NCBI GenBank assembly: GCA_963575745.1
Contig: CAUYUJ010000313.1
Location: 62,001-115,467 of the forward strand
Length of the DNA: 53,467 nucleotides
Source of the DNA: Prorocentrum cordatum
Lineage: Eukaryota
Reading direction: 5' to 3'
The translations under genes and the position numbers were made by a program. Position 1 is the stretch's first letter; each line of letters opens with the position of its first letter. Shown one piece after another: positions 1 through 13,329 of the stretch. The notes under the pieces are model-generated. The model worked only from the letters and a program-made list of their open reading frames with translations. It made no database searches and was not told where the DNA came from.

Positions 1-3000
1 AGGAGGGAGGGAGGGAGGGAGGGAGGGAGGGGGAGAGCGAGCGAGGGAGGGAGGGAGGGCGAGTGGAAGGAGGGAGAAAGGGAAGGACGGAGGAGGGGAG
101 GGGGCGAGTCGGAGGGAGGGAGGGGCTGGTCGAAGGGCGGCGGGGATTTCATTGGCTGACGCCCAGTCTCAGCTCCCAGCATCAAGGCCGCCCAAGGGCG
201 GCAAAAAATGGCCATGAGGCCGAGCTGACAAGCACAACGCGCGCAAGAGGGCGCAGCCAAACAAAGCTGGTGAAGTGTCCTGGAAAGCAGGAGCGGGAGG
301 AGAAGGTCCTTGCGACAGAATGGCTGCAACACACCCGTGGGGCCGAGCTAGACTCAACGACGTGGGAACACCCCTGGTCAGGCAACGAGGTCCCTGACCA
401 GACACGAAGCCCACTGGCACTACAGGTTTCACTACGTCCAGGGATGGAGGGGGCAGGCTGGAGAGAGGGAGGGGAGGGAGGCGGGGAGGGAGAGGGAGCA
501 GGTCGGAGAGAGATAGGGGGCAGGGGGGATTCTGCCGCTGGTGGCGAGGCACACCAGGAGGGAGGGTCGGGGCTGACAAGAAGGGAGGGAATAGCACAAG
601 AGGGGCTGGTCTTCCTGGCGCCGCCTGGCGCCAAAGGCGTCAGTGTAAAGTAGACCACACGTTTCCCAATACCCCCCACTCGTCCGACCCGAGAGGGAGG
701 GGGCAGGTCGTCTTCGCCAGCGGACGACTTCGGCGCGGTCGTCTTCGCCGGAGAGACGGTCAAGCGAAGACGACCGCCAGCGAATGCGACTCGTGCAGGG
801 AGATAACACTGTAACAGCCGTGGAGATATCACCATGTCCCCCAACAGCACCCCGTGCGAGACCCTCCACTGCCCGCCGCTTTGTTCCGAGCACAAAACGT
901 AGAAGAACCTGCTGGTCTTGAAGCCTTTGCTTGCCCTCGAAGAGGAAGTCCAGAGCTTCCCTAAGACTTACAATCAACCCGTATTATAAGGATGCGCGGT
1001 GAGGACGCACGGGCGTTGGGGGGCCATGTCAAAGTCTTTCGAACGAGGTTGGCCCGCGAAAGTCGCTAAGGATGGGCCGACGGGGCAAGGATGCAAGGGT
1101 AGCATCGGAAAGTGATTAATCCTTACTATGCGTGTTGAGACGCCCTCATATGAGTGCCACTCATGTAAGACCATCCTCGAGACGCCCTCATATGAGTGCC
1201 CCTTCGACGGAGGCCCCAGCCGTTGGGAAAAGCCGGACTCACAAGTCGCACAACATATGCGTGGCCCGCAAAGGATCCCACTCAGCGCACCGAGGCCGGA
1301 AAACTGTGGACCCCGACCAGACTCAGAGGCCGCTCCAGGCTCCAAGTAACAGGCCTTGGGGACCTCCGAAAGGACAGAGCACCCGCCACAACGCGAAAGA
1401 AGCCGTCTCCAGCGCCAAAAGGACGGCCCCTGGCCAAGCCAACGCGGAGGCTGGAGGGGAGGGGAGGGGAGAGGAGGGGGAGGGGGAGGGAGACACCACC
1501 CCTCAGACGAGCCATCAAAGGCAGACCCCGTGGAACCCTCCAAGACGGCTCAAGCCAGAACCCCTCCCAAAAATCTGACCCCACCCCCCACTTCCATGTG
1601 AGATTCGGAGCACACACTGGGACATCCTGGGCCCCAAGATGGCGTGCAGGCCCTCGAGGCCTCGGCCGGGAGGCCGCCTCAAGCCCGCCTCCAGGAGCAG
1701 AGGCATGCTGCGCCGCGCCCGCCTCCGCAATCGGAGAGACCGTACGCACGGCCACCTGCCGCTCGTGAGGCTGCTGGAGGCCCAGCCTGGCCAGGCGGAG
1801 CCGACGAGCCTGGCGCCGTGACTGCGAGGGCCATGGCTCGTGTTCCCAGAGGCCCGCGAGCGGCTTGGGAGGGGGAGGCGGCGCAGGGCCAGCCCGAGTC
1901 AGGCCAAACACAGACCCGTCCCTGCGAAACCGGGGCCACGTGCTGGAGCCCGAGCTTTGGAGACGCACGTCTGGGGCGCTGATGCGAGAACCGCTTTGGG
2001 GAAACCACCCGCCACTCGTCCGTGTATCTCTCCGAACTTCCAAGATTGCCCTGCAAAAGAAGGACTTTGACCAGCCTGGTCAAGACCTTGCGGCGCATGT
2101 AGCAGTCCACTCTGAATAGAGGCCCACTGGGCGCAAAGCGCATCGGCGATCGGGCGGGGACCTGAAGAGCGAGGGAGCAGCATCACTGCTGGAGTGCATA
2201 CCAGCGCGCAGGCCAACTGAGAGCCTCGTGGCGCCTGGCGGGAGCAGGGGCAGGAAACGACGAGAAAGCGGATGAGGGGGCGGAGAAGTCGAAGCGAGGG
2301 CGAAGGAAGAGAAGGAGGAGGAATAAGAAGAGGGGGACCAGAAAGGCGAAGAAGGAGGAGGAGGAGATACAAGAGATACAAGCCAAGGGCGAGCAAGTGA
2401 ATCACGAGCAGACCTCGGGCACAGAAAGGACGACTTTACGTCAACGGTACACTTGCACACAGAAGCATGCGTGCGCACGCGCACGTGCCACGCGCGCACA
2501 CAAAATGAATCGGAACTGTCCGAGGGGGAGGGCGGGGGATGGCGGGCGGTCCTGCTCCACGGGGCGATCGCCGAGGGACCAGGGACGGCCGACGACGGCG
2601 GCGTCTCCCATTCCTCCGCCGACCCCACTCCTCCTCCCTCGGGGGCCTCCTGCGCCAGATCTGGCGTGAGCGGGAGGAGGAAGAGGAGGAGGAGGAGGTC
2701 GACGAAGACGAGGGAGGAGAAGCAGGAGGGGAAGGAAGAAGGAGGACGGATGGAGCAGGAAGCCCGAAGGCAGGGACGGAGAGGGCGAAGGGAGGGGGGG
2801 GGGGAAGGCGGGGCCGCCTCGGCGGCTGCTCCGGCAGCTGGACCCACTCCCAGACGACCTTGCTGGTGGTCGGCTCCAGCAGGGCCTGCCCAGCGGCGGA
2901 GGCACGAGGAGGGAGAGGACGAGGAGGGGAGGCTCGGCGGTGCGCACGAGGGCTAGGAGCGGGGGGGGAGTGGCCATTCAAGAGGGCGGGGGGGCTTCTT

Positions 3001-4422
3001 AGGAAGGCGGGGGGCTTCATAGAAGGGCCCAGGGTCTTCTCGGGAGCCTTCGTAAGCAGAAGGCTCTGGGCCCTGCCAAGAGGGCCCACGGCTTCTGAGG
3101 AGCTGCCCCGCCCCCTCAGGAGGCCACCCCCCTCGCGGCACCTCCTTGTGCGCGCCGCCGAGGCGGAGCGAGCCCATGAGCACTGGTTCCATCCAAAAGA
3201 AAGGGGCCCAAAGGATGCGGGTGTTAATCCGACTGATTAGGGCCAATGGCCAAGGCATCCAGCAGCACGGGAAGAGGGCAGCGGCACCGTCATGCACTGG
3301 TTCCCCCATGATGCGCGAGAGCGGGTCCTGGGTCAAGAATTTGCCCTTGTGTCAGAACTAAAAAGGGTACCCCTGCTCCCGAGGAGCTCCCTGGTCCGAT
3401 TCCCGACGTCACCGTCCTGGTCCTCAGTGTCACCAGTCCCCTGTCCGAATCTTCGATACCTGGTCCTGGTCCGGGTCTCCTGCCCCAGGGTGCCAGTTTC
3501 CGGTCCCCGATGCCTGATCCCCAAGTCACCAGTTCTCATGTGTCCGATCCCTGGTCCCCTGACTCTGCGTCGTGGCTGTTCCCCTGGGTCGGAGAAGGAG
3601 GAAGCGTGAACAGGAGGGAACAGCTTCCTATGGATATCTGTTCATTTACCCTATGCCTGCTACAAAGGTTCTCCCTCGGGGTCTACATGATATCTGGTCA
3701 TCTCCCCCTGCCGGCCAAAATGGATCTCAAGGGAGGGATCTCACAGGGGGACTGGGCAAAGGTCAGATTTAAGGGGCCCGTACGGTCTGACCTTCTCCAT
3801 GCGCGCGCGCGTGGGTGGATGGAGGGCCCAGCCTCTGGGGGCTACACTCGGGGGCTACACTCATGGGAACAACACTTGGAAGCTACACTTGGGGGCGATT
3901 CGCCCGTGCCGCCACCCCCTCACACTTACCGCTGAGCGTGGGGTACTGCGTGTATGATCATGTCCCCTGCTTGTCACAGGGGTTCGCGCAGGGGGTTCAA
4001 CGGAAATCCCACCAGCCCTCTGGACTGAGGTGGATTAGAAAAGTACCTATTCTATCTTTCCCGTTCTTCCCGTTCGGAGAAGGGGTTTACCCGTCCCCTC
4101 ACACCCTCGCCCTGGGTGTGGACGGGGGGGATCGTGAGGGGACAGAGCGTCCAAAAAGACCTCCGCGAGCAGGCACACAAAAAAACAATGGTATCGTAGG
4201 TTTGGGGCCACTCTGGGCCTCTTGGGGGGGCGGTGCCAATTAGAGCCACCCTCTCCTCTTTGATTGACACCCTCCAAGATGTCCCCCAGACGGCCCGAAA
4301 AGCCCCAAAGGGAGCCCCAAGAGACACCCATGACGTCCCATTAGGCCCCCAAAGAGGCCATCCGAGAGGATCCTCCTCCTGCTCCTCCGCCTGCTCCTCC
4401 TGCTTCCCTCCTCTTGTCCCTC

Positions 4423-4585
4423 TTCCTCCTCCTCCTCCTCCTCCTCCTCCTCCTCCTCCTCCTCCTCCTCCTCCTCCTCCTCCTCCTCCTCCTCCTCCTC
4501 CTCCTCCTCCTCCTCCTCCTCCTCCTCCTCCTCCTCCTCCTCCTCCTTCTCCTCCTCCTCCTCCTCCTCCTCCTCCTCCTCCTCC
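4423..4585 (+). repeat. (CCT)n microsatellite
   Basis: Near-perfect cct trinucleotide run; source of the poly-P and poly-L ORFs. Confidence 0.97.
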
Positions 4586-5019
4586 CTCCTTCGTCTGGTG
4601 GAGAGAAGGAAGGCGAGGAGGGTCAGGAGGAGGAGGAGGAGGAAGGGAGGAGGGGATGGAGGAGGAGGGAGAAGGAAGCGAGGGGGAAGGAGGAGGGCCT
4701 CCTACTCCCTCCCTACCTCCCTCCTCTCTCCTCCTTCCTCCTTCACGGGAGAATTATTTCAGCAGGATCCACAAGAGTTTGGAGCCGAAGATACAAAGTA
4801 AGGGCACAAAGGCGAGGCGCTCAGGTCCTGAGCATGGTGTTCCCTCCCTCACTCCGTGAACAAAGATTATCATTTGCATCCTCCTCGAGGGGGGGGAAGG
4901 CCGCGGCTCTCTGGGCCTCGTGGCCTGGGGGCGTCGCGGTGTCGTGCACGCCGACCGCGGAGTCCGCGCCGTCTTGGTCGTACGAAGGTCGCCCTGACGC
5001 CACGGAATCCTCCCCGGGG

Positions 5020-5450
5020 CGTCGTCGTCGCCGTCGCCCTCGCCGTCGGTCGTCGTCTGCCGTCGTCGTCGCCGTCGCCGTCCGTCGTCGGCAACGTCAG
5101 CGTCGGCACCGTTGGCGTAGGTATCGTGGGCGTCGTGGTCGGCATCGTCGTCGCCACCGTCGTCGCGTCGTCGTCGTCGTCGCCGTCCGTCGTCGGCAGC
5201 GTCGGCGTCGGCATCGTCGGCGTCAGCATCGTCGTCGCCACCGTCGTCGTCGTCGTTGCAATCCGTCGTCGGCAGCGTCGGCGTCGGCATCGTCAGCGTC
5301 GGCATCGTCATCGTCGTCGTCGTCGTCGCCAGCACCGTCGCCGTCGCCGTCGCCGTCGCCGCCGCCGCTGCAGCCGTCGTCGTCGTCGTGCCGTCGTCGT
5401 CGACGTCGCCGCCGCTGTCGTCGTCGTCGTCATCGTCGTCTGCGTCGTCG
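5020..5450 (+). repeat. Degenerate (CGT/CGC)n low-complexity tract
   Basis: cgtcgtcgc/cgtcggc repeats with internal sub-duplications. Confidence 0.9.
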
Positions 5451-5883
5451 GTCGTGGGTCTGGGATCGACGTTTTCTGCATGTTGCTACCCTTTGTTTGG
5501 AATTTCGTCCGGTAGCCTCCAGAGGCCCCCGGAGTCCTCAAGGCTCGAGGCCCGCGAATTCTGGGAGCGCTGTTGTCAATTTCCTGGCCTGCAGGAGCGC
5601 CCCGGAAAGCAGGTCCTGGGGTCGACCAGGGTGGTCGTCGTCGACACTGGCCGCAGAAGGAGAACCATTACCGCTGTCACCCATCGTTCTGACCATAATC
5701 CGCCGGCCCCGTGATTCGCAGTTTCCTGTACCAGTTGTAGTTTGTAGTTTCCAGTGTTACAGTTCTGCTTCTTGCTGGTTACTGTAACTAGTTGATGGAC
5801 CGCGCGAGGGGAGGGAGGCCCAAACCAGATTTTTAGCACCACCTGGGCGCGTTGTCTGAATTGCTGGGGGGGCTCAAAATCGA

Positions 5884-6286
5884 CACCCCTCACGCAGATC
5901 CGCGGGGTCAGGGTCCAAAAACACAAGGGATTTGCCACATTTCTGAAATTCGGTGCCACCCCTCACGCAGATCCGCGGGGTCAGGGTCCAAAAACACAGG
6001 GGATTTGCCACATGTCTGAAATTCGATGCCACCCCTCACGCAGATCCGCGGGGTCAGGGTCCAAAAACACAGGGGATTTGCTACATTTCTGAAATTCGGT
6101 GCCACCCCTCACGCAGATCCGCGGGGTCAGGGTCCAAAAACACAGGGGATTTGCCACATTTCTGAAATTCGGTGCCACCCCTCACGCAGATCCGCGGGGT
6201 CAGGGTCCAAAAACAAAGGGGATTTGCCACATTTCTGAAATTCGGTGCCACCCCTCATGCAGATCCGCGGGGTCAGGGTCCAAAAC
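5884..6286 (+). repeat. 73-bp tandem repeat, ~5.5 copies
   Basis: Unit cacccctcacgcagatccgcggggtcagggtccaaaaacacaggggatttgccacatttctgaaattcggtgc. ORF starts recur at 5953, 6026, 6099, 6172 and 6245 (period 73). Confidence 0.97.
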
Positions 6287-6857
6287 CTGCTCTTCCATGG
6301 CCCATTCTCCGAGAGAGGGGGCCGGCGGCAGGGGGCGAAGCCCTTACGGATCTGCATCATCCTATTCAGCATCACCCCCTTCGCCCTCATTAGCATCGTC
6401 ACCATCGTCATTACAATCAGCATCATCAACGACAGCAGCATCAACATCACCATGGTAAGCATCATCACCACCATCATCAGCATCCGAATCATCATAATGC
6501 TTGTCATCACCATCATCGGCATCATCATCGTCATCATCAGCAGCATAATCACCACCATTTCCCTCACAAGTTCACACACCTCCCCGTCCTCCTCTCTCTG
6601 GCTGCGCCTTCCTCCCCTCGTCCGCAGAATCCCCAAAAGCCCTCAGAAAACACAAATAAGAATTTGATCCCCGCACCTCGATCCTCTCTCTCTTCCATCA
6701 TCACGCTCCCCCCTCCCCCCCGCCCCACGTTTCCCCAGGGCGGAAGACATACCTTCCACGGCACCAGCACCGGACCCGTTTTGGGGTCTGGAGTTCACTT
6801 GGACCAGGCTTGCTAGGAGTTCTTCTCCCCTCTTCCTCCCTTGCCCCCCGGCAACGT

Positions 6858-7140
6858 GCCAATTCATGATAGATTCGGGTGTTATTGTGATCTTGTTGAT
6901 AGGCTTCGGGAAAGGATCCTCTTGAGCACACGGTATTCTAGAAATGATCCCAGATTCAGTCTCGGAGAGGATGCACTTGATGTCATAGCTAATACGTATG
7001 TTTAGTGGATCTGCTACCAAAGATATGCACGCGCGCGCCGGCCAGCCGACCCGAGGGAAGGCGGGGGCGCGCGCGATATCTTACCTCTAAGCAGAAGTGG
7101 CCGCGCATGGTAGCGCAAGGTAGCGCAATGTCAATGTTCA
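6858..7140 (-). repeat. Diverged duplicate, copy 1; coding-like, with a putative 74-nt hairpin intron at 7011-7084
   Basis: Alignable by eye with 8668-8935. Minus translations VADPLNIRISYDIKCILSETESG..ITPESIMN versus VADPLSGHISHGIKYVLSEAESG..IMPESMMN. Confidence 0.75.
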
Positions 7141-8667
7141 TACGACGGCTGCGCCCACCTCATCTGGAAGGCAAAAGCGGTGCAGAAAAAGGTAGCGAAA
7201 GGAGCGTAAGTTATGACTCCCCCCACGGCTGGCCCGGCGCGGGGACTCCGCTGACGGGCGGGGGGCGCACCAGCCCGAGTTCGGCACGCCCCAAGGGCAT
7301 TGAGTCAGCCTTTACCCCTTCCCAAGACACTTCGGCCCCCGCGGCGCCAACCCCAAAAAGATTTCACAGCGCGCGCGGAAGGGAAGGGAGTACTCCTGAC
7401 ACAGCCCTGGGGGACAGGCCGAAAAAACCGGCGAGCCCCACGTAGACAGAAGCGCGCTGGCGCACGCCGCCCAGCGATCGGCCCACAAACCATCACAGCC
7501 TGCCGCCACGCCGCGGCCCACGCCAGAACGCTCGGAGCATATAGCTCAAACACGTCCGGGGAACACTCAGAGCACAGCTCCGAAATGCCCCCCCGGCCTC
7601 TCTCTCTCTCTCTCTCCTCTTTTCACGAGCGCCTGTCCTCGCTCTTCGTCGCGGCCCAATTTGCTGCGCCAGCTATGCCAGTTACCCGAGCCCCACCCTG
7701 AGCTCCGCCACGGAGGGCGCGGATCGTCCACCTCCTCCGCAGCCCTCAATCGGATGTCCGTGTACTGGCACCTCCCCGCTGGGGGGTTTGAGGCAGAACT
7801 CGAACGTGCTTGCTGCCGCCGACAGCGGTGGCCGGGGATGGAGCTCCCAAAGCGTCGGCCCCGCCTCTCGGCGACGCGCGACAGCCCGCCGATTCGCGGC
7901 CCTGACTTCCACGACGCCTCACTCCTTCATCTCTGGCGCCTCCTTGCCCTTTGCCTGCAGTGGGCATGCGCGCCGTCGGCGGGCGGTCCCCGGGCTGGGT
8001 CGATGACGGGCGGTTCCCGCCCTATTTGCCACGGGCGCGAGAGCCCCCGGCACTGCCGACACAATCGGCAGGTGCCGGGTCGTCTACCTCAGCAGCCGCA
8101 GCGTTGACTTCTCCCCGCGGCCCCCCATGTTGTCGGCGACGGCTCCTGAGCCGATATCGGAAATGACCCCAAACCACAGGCCTCGGAGTCACCCCCCAGA
8201 TGAAGCTCAGCAGACGTTTCCTGGATCAGGCGGAGAATCCACTTGACTGACCCCCCACCCTTCCGACGAGACGGAAACTTGGTCATCCGTTTCTCTATCC
8301 GGAGAGACCGATGAAATCACGCAGGCTTGATGGACGACGGGCGACAATGGTTCCTCGTCCAAGTTGCTTGACACATACCATTCGGCGTCAGCCTCCGCCT
8401 TGTCTGCATCCGCTCGTGGCGTGTCACGACGGCCGGGGCCTCCTTCTGCCGGCGCATCTCCCGACGACAATGAGGATCTTTTGCCGAGGAACGCGAGTCG
8501 GAGCCCCTGACACAGTCAGAGGACTCGGGCTCGAGGACGAGCTCTGGCATTCCTTTTCCTCTTGAGCCGTGGCATTGCTCTACATGTTTTCGTACATCCA
8601 CCTCCGAGACAGGAAGCACAATTTCGTGATCTGGTCGTGAAACCTTGAGGTAATGACCAGCACTTTG

Positions 8668-8935
8668 CCGATTCATCATGGATTCGGGCATTATCTGGAT
8701 CCCCTTAACAGGCTCTTTGTCTGGATGCTCTCGTACATGATGTTCTAGCAGTGGTCCCTGATTCAGCCTCGGAGAGAACGTACTTGATGCCATGGCTAAT
8801 ATGTCCGCTAAGCGGATCTGCTACAAGAGATGTGCGTATGCGCCGGCCTGCCGACTGGAGGGAGGGCGGGCGCGCGCAGGATATTTTACATTTAAGCAGA
8901 AGCGTCTGCACACGACAACGCAATGTCAATATTGA
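8668..8935 (-). repeat. Diverged duplicate, copy 2; putative 72-nt intron at 8818-8889
   Basis: Shares gattcag.ctcggagag, ggatctgctac, taagcagaag and cgcaatgtcaat with 6858-7140, in the same order. Confidence 0.75.
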
Positions 8936-9504
8936 TCAAATGGCTACGCCAACCCTTATTTGGAGGGTAAAGACGGAGCAGACAAAAGCAGAGAAGGGAG
9001 CGTCAGGAATGACTCCCTCCCTGACCTTCTCTTCCTCCTGCTCGACGCAAACCATCCAGCAAACTATTTCGTTAGGAGAAGGGGGGAGAAGAGGCGAAAG
9101 GGAGACCGCGCCAACGAGTGACCACCACGAGGAGCTGGCAGGCCATCCTGCCACAGGACCGTTCTCGTCCTGACTCCCACTCTCACGCATGACATCCCGG
9201 CCCTCCAGAATACCTCTTGCGGCAGGCGCAGTAGAAGCCTCACGTGTTTTGGTCAGCCTGGGAATGACGAGGACGAAATCCGAGGCCGTCTTCTTCCTCC
9301 TCCACGATCCTCCTCCTCCTCCTCCACATCCTCCTCCTCCTCCTCCAACTCCACTCTCTCCTCATCCTCCTCATCCTGCTCATCCTCCTCTTCCTCCACA
9401 TCCTCGATTATCCTCCTCATCGTCCTCCTCCTTCTCCTCTCCCCCCTCCCTCCCCTCCCTCGTCCTCCTCCTCCTCCTCCTCCTCCTCCTCCTCCTCCTC
9501 CTCC

Positions 9505-9583
<79 letters not shown>

Positions 9584-9699
9584 TCTCCTCCTCCTCCACT
9601 CCTTCTCTGTATGATTAACTCATCCCTGTCGCACCCCGAGGCCGGTCAGAAGGGCGAGCTGGGCGTTTCGCCTGAGACTTCCTCACCAGTTATGATCCT

Positions 9700-10245
9700 G
9701 AAGCTTACAAGTTGCAACAAGTTCAAGGATAGAGGGCGGGTGTTTTGTTTAACATGTTGTTCTCGCCCTAGCGCCACGCACATCCATCCTAAAAGATGCA
9801 AGAACTTCACGGATTGAGGGTGATCTGCTCTCAAAATATGATAATCGCCTTAGCGCCGCGCACATTCCCCCAAGAAGCCCCCAAGAGGCCTCCAAAAGGC
9901 CTCATCCTCCTGCTGCTCCTCCTCCTCCTCCTCCTCCTCCTCCTGCTGCTCCTCCTCCTCCTCCTCTTCCTCCTCCGTCTCCTGGCCCTTCATCGCAGTC
10001 GTCGTCGTCGTCTTAAGGGTCGGCGGCACCGGCCGCAAGGCCTTCGCAATATGATGGTCGCCTTAGCGCCGCGCTCATTCGTCTGAAAAGTTGCGAGGGC
10101 TTCACGGATGGAGGGCGGGTCGCTTTTAAAATGTGGCTCTCGCCTCAGCGCCGCACACATTCATCTCAAAATTAGCAAGAGCTTCACGGATGGAGTGCGG
10201 GTCGTGTTCAAAATGTGGCTCTCGCCTCAGCTCCGCACATACGTT
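9700..10245 (+). repeat. Degenerate ~80-bp repeat family interrupted by CCT tracts
   Basis: Recurrent ttcacggatggagggcgggtcg..caaaatgtggctctcgcctcagcgccgcacacat motif, about 4-5 copies. Confidence 0.8.
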
Positions 10246-11409
10246 TAAGAGTTTACAGCAGCGTCAAAACTCTCATGGTTAACGTCCCAAAGATGGTGTT
10301 TTGGCACGATGTCGGAACGTCAGGGCGCAACAGGTACGTTGATTCGTGGAGTTGAAGTCCCAGGATGGCGTTCTGGCGCGACTAAGAATTTTCAAACAGC
10401 TGTCCTTCAACGGGGCTTTTCCTGAGTGGATACGGATCCTCGTAGGGACCCATGAAGAGGGAGCATGGAGGGAAGAACTACTGCAATGCCGTTGACGCGT
10501 CTTGGGCTTCGACTGGTCCTCCTCCTCCTCCTCCTCCTTCTCGTCTTACCCCTCCCGCCTCCTCCTCTTCCTCCTCCTTCTCCTCCTCCGTCTCCTCATT
10601 ATCATCCTTATCCCCCTCCTTCTCGTCCTCAACTTCCTCCTCCGTCGCCTCTTCATCGATCCTCCTCCTCCTCCTTCTCCTACTCCTCCCCTCCTTCCTT
10701 GCCCCCTCCTTGCCCCTCTGGCGCGAGCCTGGCTCGTTTGCCTGCCGACGCGGCGGCTGACCTGGCTCCGCCGGCACCGCGCCCGGGCCAGCCCATTGGA
10801 CGAGGAGGAGGAGGAGCAGGAGCAGGAAGCTGACGCTACGATTCCAGTTGATCAAATTGTGCCGAACGTCCAAGAAGTAGGAGAGGCGGAGAAGACTTGC
10901 CTTGGGGGAACAGGAGGAGGAAAGAGAAGGAGAACGACGAGGAAGAGGAGGAGGAGGACGCCGACGAGAAGGAGAGTGAGACGAGGAGTACATGCGAGGA
11001 GGAGAATGAGGATGGGAGGGGAGGGGTAGGAGGATGAGCAGGACGAGAAGGGCTAAGAGGGTACCCAAATTTCGAAGACTAAGGATCAGGCTCTCCAGAT
11101 TTCGGACCCCATGCCTTGAGGCGGCGGAAGACCGAGGAGGGGGGAAAAGATGCACGTCGTCCAAACAGTAAGACTATTGCTGCCAAAGTCGGTCCAGTGT
11201 AAATCCGCCGATCCGGCGTGTGAGTTTCAAGGAGTCTCAGCTACAGCCTCGAGGCTGAGCCTCAGCCTCTGGGGGGGTTGCCAGGGTGGCTCTGCCGGGG
11301 AAGGGGGGGGGGGGACGAGTTTTCCGGCGGTCGCGGAGGGCTGCTTTTACAGAAAGCTCTAATCTCGAGGATGCGCTGAAAGGGTGGCCGCGGCCGCACA
11401 AGTCTCTGA

Positions 11410-11915
11410 GGACGGTCTAAGAAAGTCCCGAGACCCCGGAAGATCGTCCGAACACGCCCAAGATGGCCCCAAGACGGCCCAAGAGCCTTCCAAGACGCCT
11501 GAAGAGGCCTCCAAGAGTCCCACGAGGGCACCCAGAGGCAAAAATCGTTGATTTCCATTGGTTTTTGTCAATGTCTTTTGGGTTGTCGTTTTTTCGGCTT
11601 TCCGACGCTCCAAGACGGCCCAAGAGGCCCCCAAGACCGCTCGAAGACGGCCCAGGAGGCCCCCAGACAGTTCCAAGACGGCCCAAGAGGGCCCCAAGGC
11701 GGCCCAAGAGCCGCCCAAGACGGCCCCCAAGACGGCCCCAAGAGGACCCAAAAGAGGGACGAAAAGCGGAAAAAATCTAGCCTTCCAGCCCACGAGGCCC
11801 CCAGGAGGCCCCAAGAGCCCCCAAGAGGGCCCCCACAAGCCCCCAAGAAGCCCCCACGACGCCCTGACAGGCTCCTAAGATGGCTCAAAAAACGCCCCAA
11901 GAGGGCGTCCTTGCG
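11410..11915 (+). repeat. Interspersed 'ccaagacggc/ccaagaggcc' ~10-11-bp-period repeat family
   Basis: Dense ggcccaagaggccccaagacggc motifs. The same family occurs at ~4270-4370, 17600-18265, 26700-26850, 41430-41640 (inverted), 44130-44200 and 52530-52715. Confidence 0.9.
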
Positions 11916-12385
11916 CCGATAGGCTCGCCTCCACCGCTCGCACCACGTCGTCCAGGCCACATGTTTCGTAACAAGACTCCGTGCAAGACGTATCGTGAGT
12001 TTCCGAAGTGATCGGCGCCCGGATCGGCGGCACTGGCCGAAGGCCACTACAATAGGAGTAAAGCGAGGAGTGTTGAAGGAAGGGGATGAGGTAGCAAGGA
12101 GGAGCAAGGATGGGAGGAGGCAAGGAGAAAGAGGCAAGGAGAAGGAGGAGCTTGTAGGGAGGAGGAAGGAGGAGGAGAATGAAAGAGCAGCGGCAGGAGC
12201 AGGAGAAGGAGGCTGAGGCGGCGGAGAAGCGGAATGAAAGCAGGGGGGAGGGCGAGGATGGAGAAGAGGCAAGGGGAAGCAGGATGGGGACAGGAGGAAG
12301 GAGAGACGATGACAGGAGAGAAGACAATAATAGAGAAGGCGAGGCGGAATTGTAATCACATCATCATCATCATCATCATCATCAG

Positions 12386-12447
<62 letters not shown>

Positions 12448-13329
12448 GAATCATCAGAATCATCATCACCATCAGCATCGTCATCATCATCAGCATCATC
12501 ATGATGCCTCCTCCTCCTCCTCTTCCCCCTCATCCTCCCGTTCCCTCCTGCTTCCTCCCTCCTCCTGCCCCCAGCCCCCGCGCCAACCCCCTCCTCCCCC
12601 CGACCCAACCCGTCCCTCCCCCCGACCCCCGACCCATCCACAATTACGCAATGTGACTACGACGATTATCTCGCCCTCGACAATGTCTCTTCATGGCAAG
12701 GCGTCTCCCGCGTTTGTTTCGTTCACACATACAGGATGTTACAATGCTGTCTATCATACATGTGCCCCATCAGACTGTTCCTGGTCATTCGAAACGGTGT
12801 TCCTGCTGGAGCTTTTGCATTGGGCGCGGCGGCGGCGGTGTAATTGTGGCGCGGCTTACGGAGTTTGAGCTCGCGGCTTGGGTTCGGGGTCTATAGTCCA
12901 GTGTCTAGGCCGGACATGGCGCGCTCGCCCCGGCGCGGCCCACACTTCGGAATTCGCGTCCTTCCTCGTCGTTGCCATCCCTCCCCTTGCTGTTTCCACC
13001 TCCGCCCTTTCCATGGTCCTGCTGCTGATCCTGTTCCAACTGACCCTGTTCCTGCTGCTGTTGCTGTTCCTCCCCCTCTTCCTAATCATCATCAGCAGCA
13101 TCATCGTCAGCATCATCATCATCATCATCAGCATCATCACCATCATCAGCATCACCATCACCATCATCATCAGCATCAGCATCAGCATCAGCATCGTCAT
13201 CAGCGTCAACATCGTCATCAACGACAACAACGACGACAATAACAACAGCAACAACAACAGCAGCAGCAACAAAAATTATCCGGGCGAAGGGCCCAACCAT
13301 GTGCAGTTGTGAGTGACGCAATTGGTGGT

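Noticed and set aside
432..4240. Coding-like islands (e.g. LREALDFLFEGKQRLQDQQVLLRFVLG) and a 22-bp duplication gagacgccctcatatgagtgcc at ~1138 and ~1179
   Set aside because: No recognisable domain, and no consistent splice chain could be built by eye; left unannotated.
5884..6286. CRISPR array or tRNA tandem (73-bp period)
   Set aside because: The whole unit repeats with no spacer, and no convincing cloverleaf or T-loop consensus is present.
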